DNA of 64,000 nt, taken from positions 999-64,998 of the forward strand of contig CAZIXA010000011.1 in assembly GCA_964543295.1 (NCBI GenBank). Direction: 5' to 3'. This DNA is from an uncultured Clostridia bacterium. GTDB taxonomy: Bacteria; Aerophobota; Aerophobia; Aerophobales; AE-B3A. Both the position numbers and the translations under genes were made by a program. Below, piece by piece: positions 57,088 to 64,000 of this stretch (the stretch's first letter is position 1; the number at the start of each line of letters is the position of its first letter). A model generated the notes under the pieces. It was not told the DNA's origin. It saw nothing but the letters and a program-made list of their open reading frames with translations, and ran no database searches.

Positions 57088-57833
57088 TAAGGTTTTACCT
57101 GCTTCGGCTCATCACCCTTTAAAAATTTCATAGCCTCTTCCAATTTAATTTCACCAGTGTATAAGGCTTTACCGACGATTACTCCAGTCACTCCCAGATT
57201 AGTGAGCTTGGCAATTTTTTTTATATCTTCAAGAGAAGATATTCCTCCTGAAACAATTACATCCACATTGGCTTCCTTGACAAAGTCCCGCACAGCCTCA
57301 ACATTCACTCCTTTTAGAGTTCCGTCCCGGGTAACATCGGTAAAGATTATGGTGCTAACCCCCACCCTGGCTAAATCTTTGGCTAGATGGATAGCCTGGA
57401 CAGGAGTTTCCTTTTCCCAGCCTTCCACCATCACTTTGTGATCCCTGACATCAACTGAAGCAATAATCTTACTGCCAAATTCTCGACAAGCTCTCTCCAT
57501 AAACCTAAGAGAAAGAGCACAACTTCCCAAAATGGCGTAATCTATTCCTTTTTCAAAAATCTTGCTTAAAACAGAAAAATCTCTGATTCCTCCTCCTAGC
57601 TCCAGCGGGACATCTACTTCCCTGGCCATTCTCTGTACGAGGCCCAGATGCCGTGGCCTTCCCTCCCATGCCCCGTCCAAATCAACCACATGTAAACGTT
57701 GAGCCCCGGCTTCCACCCATCCCCTAGCTACAGCCAGGGGATCCTCAGAATAGATAGTCTCTTTCTCTTTTTTCCCCTGCCAGAGTCGTACACACCTACC
57801 TTCTTTTAAGTCTATAGCTGGAACAATTAACAT
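57087..57833 (-). CDS. hisA: ProFAR isomerase (1-(5-phosphoribosyl)-5-[(5-phosphoribosylamino)methylideneamino]imidazole-4-carboxamide isomerase)
   Basis: 248 aa with [27 protein letters not shown] and VIVGKALY (HisA pattern). Confidence 0.88.
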   Translation of the reverse strand: MLIVPAIDLKEGRCVRLWQGKKEKETIYSEDPLAVARGWVEAGAQRLHVVDLDGAWEGRPRHLGLVQRMAREVDVPLELGGGIRDFSVLSKIFEKGIDYAILGSCALSLRFMERACREFGSKIIASVDVRDHKVMVEGWEKETPVQAIHLAKDLARVGVSTIIFTDVTRDGTLKGVNVEAVRDFVKEANVDVIVSGGISSLEDIKKIAKLTNLGVTGVIVGKALYTGEIKLEEAMKFLKGDEPKQVKP

Positions 57834-57876
57834 TGCCTAATTATGCCAATTTCTTGATCAACCCCGCTATTTTTCT

Positions 57877-58920
57877 TTAGAGAACCTTATTTATCTCATC
57901 CCGGCAGGGTCCCCCAAGATCTGACTCTTTCCCGGCCTCGAGTATCTTTAACCCGAGCTCGCGGGGAACCACTTTACCTATGAGACTACATTTTATTCCT
58001 TTTCTTTCGTAGATTTCGATGAGTCTTTCTCCCTCGCTGGGGCTTAAAGTAAGAATCAAAGCTCCCGAGGCCAGAAGACCCAGAGGATCTAATCCGTAAA
58101 ACTGGCAAACTGCCTCGGTTTCTGGCAACACCGCTATCCTTTCCTTTTCGATTCTTATTCCCATGCCTGAGGCATAAGCCAGCTCCCACAGTCCTGTCCT
58201 TAATCCACCCTCGGTAGGATCATGCATCGAGTGAACCTCACAATTTCTTGTCGCCAAAAGGGCCTCTTTAACTACACTTATCCCAGGTTGATAAAGCAGG
58301 CGACTTAGCCTCTCCAGCATGTCTGGAGCAAGTCTTTTTTTAAACTCTTTCTTCTTTTTTTGATAAATAACGTGAGTGCCTTCTATAGCAACTCCTTTTG
58401 TAAGAAGAACCACATCCCCTGGTTTTGCTCCTGAACCCTTAACCAATCTTTCTCTCTCTACCTCTCCCATCATTTGCCCTACGGCAATAGGCCGATCAAG
58501 GTTAAAGGTCACCTCCGCGTGTCCTCCTATGAGGGAGATATCCAATTTCTGGCAAGCCGATTTCATCTGGTTAAAAATAGTCTTCACCAACTCTTCGGAA
58601 GTGCCTTGCTGAGGAAGAAGAAGAGTTGGCAAAAACCAGCGAGGAGTGGCCCCCATGCAGGCTATATCGTTGGCATTAATATTTACCACGTACCAGCCAA
58701 TGTTCTCAAAGGTAAAAGTTATGGGGTCGGTTTTTACCACCAGATAGTTTTCCCCAAAGTCTAAAACCGCTGCATCTTCTCCAATTTTTGGCCCCACAAT
58801 TACTCTTCGATCTTGAGGGAGAGATTGGAGAAGTTCCTCCAAAAAATCAGGGTCTAGTTTTCCCAGGGGGGAAAATTTGCCATTATCGCGTTGCCTCATT
58901 CTATTTTTTCTAGGGAACAA
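57877..58920 (-). CDS. AIR synthase-related (PurM/HypE/ThiL-like) protein
   Basis: 347 aa with GEDAAVLDFGENYLVVKTDPITF and DIACMGATPRW (PurM-superfamily N-domain). The start may be the internal Met at 58899. Confidence 0.75.
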   Translation of the reverse strand: MFPRKNRMRQRDNGKFSPLGKLDPDFLEELLQSLPQDRRVIVGPKIGEDAAVLDFGENYLVVKTDPITFTFENIGWYVVNINANDIACMGATPRWFLPTLLLPQQGTSEELVKTIFNQMKSACQKLDISLIGGHAEVTFNLDRPIAVGQMMGEVERERLVKGSGAKPGDVVLLTKGVAIEGTHVIYQKKKKEFKKRLAPDMLERLSRLLYQPGISVVKEALLATRNCEVHSMHDPTEGGLRTGLWELAYASGMGIRIEKERIAVLPETEAVCQFYGLDPLGLLASGALILTLSPSEGERLIEIYERKGIKCSLIGKVVPRELGLKILEAGKESDLGGPCRDEINKVL

Positions 58921-59172
58921 ATTAGGATCCTATGGAGACAGACTAAAGGTAACCTCTACCCAAACATACCATCGTAAACTCCCGCTCCCCCGATGCTTAT
59001 CCTCGCTGCTCCCATCACTTCCTGGAAAAATTTTTTGGCTAGTTCATCATAGACTACCAAAATTGAATCTCGTTGTCAAAAGCTGCCCCAGCCCCAAAAG
59101 TCTCAATGTTAGTTGCAAAATATCTTTTTTTCTGCTATGGTGGAGAACACCTGTTGCCTCGCAGAATGAGGC

Positions 59173-59270
59173 GAAGTTGGCCTATTATTGAATTTTGGCA
59201 GAAAACCAGAATTCAAAAAATTTGTATTATGATAATAAAAGAAAAATATCTGCGTAAATCTGCGGCTGAA
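59173..59270 (+). repeat. intergenic repeat element, copy C (inverted relative to A and B; faces the FucI-like gene)
   Basis: The reverse complement aligns with 16378-16475. Palindrome TTGAATTTTGG-N7-CCAGAATTCAA at 59188-59216. The element ends 34 nt before the ATG at 59305. Confidence 0.85.
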
Positions 59271-59304
59271 TAAGTACACTAAATCTTAAAGTAGGAGGGG
59301 AAAA

Positions 59305-60714
59305 ATGCAGGAAAAGACAAGGATTGGGTTTGTTCCGGCCCATCGCGTTCCTTTCAGCGAAGACTGGGCTGTTGATATGAGACGTCGGGTTTTGAAGTCT
59401 TTAGAGCCTATCTGCAAGGATCTTGATATTGAAATGGTTGTTCCGGATAAAGCCCTCACCGAAAATGGTCTAATACGGGATGATAAAGATGCCGAGAAGG
59501 TAATTAAGCTCTTTAAAGACAAAGATGTGGCAGGAATCATCATTGGTACTATGACTTTCGGTGATGAAATCTCAGCCATTACTGTGGCTGAGAGAATGCC
59601 GGAGCTGCCTGTCCTTCTTTTCGGCACTAAAGAGGGAGCCTTCAGCGAAGATGGAAATAGGAGATCAGATTCCTTCTGTGGAACACTTTCCATCTCATCA
59701 GGCCTCTATAGAAGAAGAATTCCCTTTAGTTTCCTGGGCATCTGTTTTCCTGAAGAGGAAATTTTCAGTAAGGGTACCAGGGATTTTGTCCGAACCTGTG
59801 TTGCTGTTAAGGGCTTCGTTGGAGCAAGGATCGGTCTGGTTGGTCCCCGACCAGAAAGATTTGAGACCTGTGCTATCAATGAATTTCCTATGATTGAACA
59901 ATTCGGCCAGAGAGTCGTTCCTATATCATTGGTGGATATTTTCAACCGAGCAGACAATATTGCTGATAAAAAGGGAATTAGTCGAATTATTGATGAAATC
60001 AAGGAGAACGCCAATTGTAAACTTGTCAAGGAAGATACGCTCCGCAAGGCAGCCCGACTGGAAATTGCCTTAAAAGAATTCGCTCAGGAAAAAGATTTAT
60101 CAGCTATGGGTGTTCAGTGCTGGACCGCCATGCAAGAGATCTATGGAATATCGGCCTGCTTGACTCTAGGGCGGCTGACCGAGCAAGGGATTATGACTGC
60201 CTGTGAGGTTGATATTCACGGAGCTTTAACCATGCTGGTTCAATATCTAGCCTCACTCAAAACCACAATTCCTCACTTTATTGACTGGACTATTCAGCAT
60301 CAGCGAGAGAAAGACGTTTTCCTGGCCTGGCATTGCGGCAATGCTCCCCTGGGGTTGAAAGCAAGCAATTCCGAAATCTATCTAAAAAGTCACAGCATCC
60401 TCGGTGAGATGCTTGGACCACAAGTATGTGAAGGGACGGCTGAGTTTCAGCTTAAAGAGGGCAAAATTACCCTCACTCGTATAGTTGAGTATGACGGTGA
60501 GTTCAAGATGTTAATCACTAAGGGCGAGATAATCCCCAGCAAAGATAAACTCAGAGGGAGCTGGAGTTGGGTAAAGGTTAGCGATCTAGCTAACCTTTAC
60601 CGCACCCTGGTTGAAGAGGGCTTCACTCACCATGCTTCTATGATTCACGGCGATATTAGTGACTCATTAGTTGAGTTTTGCAGATTTACCGGGATGGAGG
60701 CTGTTGTCGTTTGA
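59305..60714 (+). CDS. L-fucose/L-arabinose isomerase-family protein
   Basis: 469 aa. The pattern RIGFVPAHR...GIIIGTMTFGDE...RSDSFCG...GARIGLVGPRP...WHCGNAP is typical of short FucI-like isomerases. GGAGG RBS. Confidence 0.75.
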   Translation: MQEKTRIGFVPAHRVPFSEDWAVDMRRRVLKSLEPICKDLDIEMVVPDKALTENGLIRDDKDAEKVIKLFKDKDVAGIIIGTMTFGDEISAITVAERMPELPVLLFGTKEGAFSEDGNRRSDSFCGTLSISSGLYRRRIPFSFLGICFPEEEIFSKGTRDFVRTCVAVKGFVGARIGLVGPRPERFETCAINEFPMIEQFGQRVVPISLVDIFNRADNIADKKGISRIIDEIKENANCKLVKEDTLRKAARLEIALKEFAQEKDLSAMGVQCWTAMQEIYGISACLTLGRLTEQGIMTACEVDIHGALTMLVQYLASLKTTIPHFIDWTIQHQREKDVFLAWHCGNAPLGLKASNSEIYLKSHSILGEMLGPQVCEGTAEFQLKEGKITLTRIVEYDGEFKMLITKGEIIPSKDKLRGSWSWVKVSDLANLYRTLVEEGFTHHASMIHGDISDSLVEFCRFTGMEAVVV

Positions 60715-60754
60715 TAGCCTGAAGACCTGCCAAGAGAACTCTAAAGTTAAACAG

Positions 60755-61777
60755 CTAGTCGGTATCCTTTTGGGTATTAGTTAAAGCTGAACCTGAAATT
60801 GATTGGCACTGCCTTAATTTTAGCCACATAGCCTCCAGAGCCAGAGATTGATTGACGTTACACTTAAGATAACCTTTTGTCCTTTCCACCGTCTCTATAG
60901 CCTCTTTTATATCACCATAAGAGTAGATCTCCTTCTGCTTTTTTAATTCCTCGATGCGGTCATAGTTAACCACTCGCCTGCTTATTCCCTGTTTTAAGAT
61001 TAAGAGATCCCGAAACCAGAAGATGATAATATCCAGAATTCTCTCCAGCTCAGTAGTTCCATAATCTTTCCATTTGCTCACCCATTGGAAAATATCTTCC
61101 AGACTTATTTTTTTACTCAGAATATCCAGGACAGTGGTTCTGGTCTTTAATATATTCTCATCTTCTATCAAGCTCAACACTTCCCCTACTCTTCCTCGGG
61201 CCAATTTTTTTATAAGATTAGCCTTGGGAGAGTCTGCAGGTAAATAATCGGTTATAATCGAATCTAAGGCTTCAGAAGAAAGAGGAAAGAAACGAATAAT
61301 TTCGCAGCGAGAAAGGATGGTAGGAAGCAGTCTTTCTTGAGTTCCGCTAATTAATATAAAAACAGTATCTGGGGGAGGCTCCTCCAGTATCTTAAGCAGG
61401 GAATTAGCCGCCTCTAAAGTGAGCTTATCTGCCTCTTTTATAATCCAAACCTTTTTCTTTCCCTCAAAGAGCTTATATCCTGTCTGTCTTTTTAAATCTC
61501 TAATCTGCTCGATCTTTATGGAGCCTTCTTCCGGGATTATAACTCGCACATCTGGATGATTCAGATGATCGATCTTTCGACAAGAGGAACAACGGTCACA
61601 GTTATCTAGCTGGTCGCTCTTACAATTCAATATCTTGGTAAAGGTTAAGGCAGTGAGCGCCTTCCCAACCCCAGTGGGGCCCACAAACAAATAGGCCCCG
61701 GAGAGAGATGAAGTAGCTATCTCTTTCTGCAGAATTTTTATAGCCCGAGCTTGACCCTTTATCTCTTCAAAAGACAT
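60755..61777 (-). CDS. holB: DNA polymerase III subunit delta'
   Basis: 340 aa with GAYLFVGPTGVGK (P-loop), a Zn module CDRCSSCRKIDHLNHPD, and SRCEIIRF (sensor). Confidence 0.88.
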   Translation of the reverse strand: MSFEEIKGQARAIKILQKEIATSSLSGAYLFVGPTGVGKALTALTFTKILNCKSDQLDNCDRCSSCRKIDHLNHPDVRVIIPEEGSIKIEQIRDLKRQTGYKLFEGKKKVWIIKEADKLTLEAANSLLKILEEPPPDTVFILISGTQERLLPTILSRCEIIRFFPLSSEALDSIITDYLPADSPKANLIKKLARGRVGEVLSLIEDENILKTRTTVLDILSKKISLEDIFQWVSKWKDYGTTELERILDIIIFWFRDLLILKQGISRRVVNYDRIEELKKQKEIYSYGDIKEAIETVERTKGYLKCNVNQSLALEAMWLKLRQCQSISGSALTNTQKDTD

Positions 61778-61794
61778 AAATTCTCTCTTAACTT

Positions 61795-62403
61795 TTATAG
61801 ATATTTTAATATTATCTTTCTTATTGCCAAATGGATTTCTTTAGGACTGTCTTCCCCGTTCATTGTCTTTATTCTCTCAGGATGCAATTTAGCCAGCTCA
61901 AGATACCCTTGACGTACCCGGTGATGAAAATCCATCTCTTCTCTTTCAATTCTATCCTTCTTTTTTGCACGCTGTCTGGCTAGGTCAGGATTAATATCGA
62001 GAAGGAAAGTTACCTCAGGCAGAATACCCTGGGTTGCCTTTTCATTCAAGGCCTCTATCCAAGCTATATCTAATCCTCTCCCGTATCCCTGATAGGCCAC
62101 GGTGGCGTCGCTAAAACGATCCGAGATTACAGTTTTCCTGGCCTCTAAAGCGGGGCTGATTACTTGCCTCACGTGTTCTGCCCGATCAGCTAAATAAAGG
62201 AAAAGCTCGCTGACGCTACTTATCCGAGATGAAGGCCGAAGGAGAATGAGTTTGATCTTTTGCCCCACCCGAGTTCCTCCCGGCTCACAGGTCTTGACCA
62301 CCTTACAGTTCATTTTTTCAAGATACTCAGCCAGAAGCTTAACCTGACTACTTTTTCCACTTTTATCTATCCCTTCAAAGCTGATGAACAATGGTTCCTC
62401 CAT
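61795..62403 (-). CDS. tmk: dTMP (thymidylate) kinase
   Basis: 202 aa with FISFEGIDKSGKSSQ (P-loop) and a DRF/YQG pattern. Confidence 0.9.
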   Translation of the reverse strand: MEEPLFISFEGIDKSGKSSQVKLLAEYLEKMNCKVVKTCEPGGTRVGQKIKLILLRPSSRISSVSELFLYLADRAEHVRQVISPALEARKTVISDRFSDATVAYQGYGRGLDIAWIEALNEKATQGILPEVTFLLDINPDLARQRAKKKDRIEREEMDFHHRVRQGYLELAKLHPERIKTMNGEDSPKEIHLAIRKIILKYL

Positions 62404-62513
62404 TTACACTGATTATTTTGAGAGCTTTTCCATATATACCAGTCTCAGAAAGGCGTGTCAAATGGGGTAAGCTTGACCAGAACTCTATCATCTCCTCCTT
62501 TCCGCCTGCTCAC

Positions 62514-62542
62514 TTGACAAAGTCCAAAGGGAAACATAGGAT
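62514..62542 (+). promoter_or_regulatory. possible sigma70-like promoter for the methyltransferase gene
   Basis: TTGACA (62514-62519), a 17-nt spacer, then TAGGAT (62537-62542). It lies about 100 nt upstream of the ATG at 62645. Confidence 0.3.
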
Positions 62543-62644
62543 AACGCAATGTTAAAATAATTGATGCTCCCACCCTATTCAGGAGACAAGAAATTTGAAA
62601 TGTGATAAAAAATAAAGCTGAAAACTAGCAAATATTGAAAAAAA

Positions 62645-63172
62645 ATGATTATTCTTTTGGTGATTGGATTGGCGGTTGTGGCATTCATAGCCTCAAAATT
62701 CTGGACCGCTTTCATCGGTGCTGGATGGAGTCCCACCCCCTTACCCACTGTAAGAAGAATGCTTTCCTTAGCCGAGGTCAAGCCTGAAGACATCGTCTAT
62801 GATCTGGGATGCGGGGACGGAAGGATTATAATCATGGCCACCAGAGAATACGGCGCTAGATCCATAGGCATAGAAGCCGATCCTTTCCGATGCCTTTATA
62901 CCTGGGTGAGGATAATGATTTCAGGGTTAAGCAAAAAAACGGGTCTCATCTGGGGGAATTTTTTCCATAGGAATTTAAGTGAAGCCAGTGTAGTTACTCT
63001 TTTTTTGTCTCAAGAGGCCAATAATAATTTAAGGAAAAAACTGAGCCAAGAACTTAAGCCTGGGAGCCGCATAGTTTCCTACTACTGGACTTTCAATAGT
63101 TGGAGACCTAAAAAGGTGGATAGAAAATTCGGGGTATATCTCTATGAAATTGGCAGTGAAACTAACAGTTGA
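62645..63172 (+). CDS. class I SAM-dependent methyltransferase with N-terminal TM helix
   Basis: 175 aa. A hydrophobic N-terminus followed by VYDLGCGDGRIII (SAM motif I). Confidence 0.75.
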   Translation: MIILLVIGLAVVAFIASKFWTAFIGAGWSPTPLPTVRRMLSLAEVKPEDIVYDLGCGDGRIIIMATREYGARSIGIEADPFRCLYTWVRIMISGLSKKTGLIWGNFFHRNLSEASVVTLFLSQEANNNLRKKLSQELKPGSRIVSYYWTFNSWRPKKVDRKFGVYLYEIGSETNS

Positions 63173-63238
63173 CTCGGAAAATCCTTAAAAGCTGGAGTCA
63201 ACCAAGGAAAAGATGAATTAAAAACTTATCCTATAAAG

Positions 63239-63392
63239 TGCCTTTGCGGAATACCTTGGCGATTAGTACTTAAGATGATAGACGATCAAGGATGGATTTT
63301 AAGAAATTGTATTATTTGGCACAAACCCAATGCTATGCCCTCTTCTGTAAAAGATAGACTAACCAATACCTATGAATTTATATTCCAAGGTA
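63239..63392 (+). pseudogene. fragment of an N4/N6 DNA methyltransferase (N6_N4_Mtase family)
   Basis: Reads IPWRLVLKMIDDQGWILRNCIIWHKPNAMPSSVKDRLTNTYEFIF, the conserved mid-region of these methylases. No DPPY/SAM-binding parts, and unrelated sequence follows. Confidence 0.6.
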
Positions 63393-63527
63393 TCGGAATT
63401 TCAATAATTTCTCTGAATTGTTATCAAGTAAACCTCGCTAGAGGTGATATCAGAAAAAAAGAGGAGAGGAGGCTCTTTCATGCCCTGAGCGAAGGGTGCC
63501 TCGACCTCTACCACCTTCTTAGTCACT

Positions 63528-63650
63528 CTATTTTCTATTCTGTATCTTGGCATCTGATTCCCCCTTTTCCCTTTCGATAACTCCCTTTTCCATCAGGCTG
63601 ATAAACTCCCCATTGCCAATAATAATGTGGTCGAGCATCTCTTTTTGCCC
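63528..63650 (-). pseudogene. C-terminal remnant of RadC (JAB-domain) gene
   Basis: An alternative reverse frame reads QKEMLDHIIIGNGEFISLMEKGVIEREKG..., matching the RadC C-terminal LDHIIIG...S..E.G pattern. Only about 36 codons are present. Confidence 0.5.
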
Positions 63651-64000
63651 TGGCAATTATGGTAGGAAGAGACACCTTCTGGCCATAGGCCTGGTAGATC
63701 CGATCCTTAATGTAGCTGTAGTTGTAGAAGGTAACGGGAATTTCCTTATCTTCAATTAACCTCTTTTCTTTTTCTAGTTCATTGATAATGTTCTCCTCTG
63801 CTTTCTTGTTTATTCTTCTGGTTGCTCTTTTTCTTTTATACTGGATAGAAAATCCTTCAGGGTCTTCTCTATACGATTTAAGCAACTGGAAGAATCTTCT
63901 TCTGGTAACTTGTAATATTTCCAGAAGATAGACAAGCTTTATCTCCTCATCTAGATACTTTTGCAAGAGCATCTTTACCTCTTCAGTGGAGAACCTCTTG
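63651..64000 (-). mobile_element. N-terminal (HTH) part of a transposase/integrase-like gene, truncated and open at the window end
   Basis: The frame is open from the window edge: KRFSTEEVKMLLQKYLDEEIKLVYLLEILQVTRRRFFQLLKSYRED...YNYSYIKDRIYQAYGQKVSLPTIIARAK. It then runs into the RadC remnant in another frame. No catalytic domain. The family assignment is from memory only. Confidence 0.35.

Noticed and set aside
59188-59216. TGGCAG within the repeat-element palindrome as a sigma-54 (-24/-12) promoter.
   Set aside because: The expected TGGCAC-N5-TTGC(A/T) spacing and the -12 GC element are absent. The sequence is better explained as the arms of an inverted repeat.
1-64000. A scan for tRNA, rRNA, tmRNA, CRISPR arrays and known riboswitch cores.
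   Set aside because: I found no cloverleaf-type GTTCGAATC/T-loop contexts, no rRNA-like conserved blocks and no short regularly spaced repeats. Absence by eye is not proof, so tRNAscan-SE and Infernal should be run.

Overview
AT-rich bacterial chromosomal window with almost every gene on the minus strand. All product names come from motifs read by eye in the translated ORFs; no database search was run. The taxon cannot be assigned from this window. An archaeal-type ApgM, a SpoIID-like protein and K/E/I-rich proteins would fit a thermophilic anaerobe (Thermotogota- or Atribacterota-like), but this is a guess.

Layout:
- 1-41 kb: a co-directional super-cluster for polyol/ketose catabolism. It holds 5 FGGY sugar kinases, 5 intact and 1 decayed MDR Zn-dehydrogenases, 2 SDRs, and three ABC sugar importers (two CUT1-type, one CUT2-type). 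It also holds SorC-, DeoR- and truncated GntR-type regulators, a dhaK-rpiB-dhaL module, an orphan fused E1 alpha/beta TPP enzyme, a cupin, a TIM-barrel sugar-phosphate isomerase and a cyclase-family protein.
- 41-43.4 kb: a lipoprotein gene divergent from a ParB/Srx-like nuclease-domain protein.
- 43.4-53.2 kb: a mannoside-type island with a GH38 alpha-mannosidase, two URO-D-like proteins, ABC permeases and a nonsense-disrupted binding protein. It is bracketed by a 54-bp direct repeat and by gene remnants.
- 53.3-62.4 kb: housekeeping genes (BFN nuclease, apgM, spoIID-like, hisI, hisA, PurM-like, FucI-like, holB, tmk).
- 62.6-64 kb: a methyltransferase followed by fragments of a DNA methylase, RadC and a transposase-like gene.

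I did not find a convincing new multi-gene system such as a defence locus. The most interesting signals are:
1. A small family of repeat elements sharing a CGCNGAT-N3/4-CGCNGAT end motif. They sit in a fixed orientation just upstream of unrelated genes.
2. A recent, internally deleted copy of the E1 gene, within an unusually high density of gene remnants (13 in total).
3. The orphan E1 alpha/beta fusion and the dhaK-rpiB-dhaL arrangement, which suggest tetrulose/tetritol-type chemistry.
4. URO-D-like paralogs embedded in the mannosidase locus.

No rRNA, tRNA or CRISPR array was recognised.
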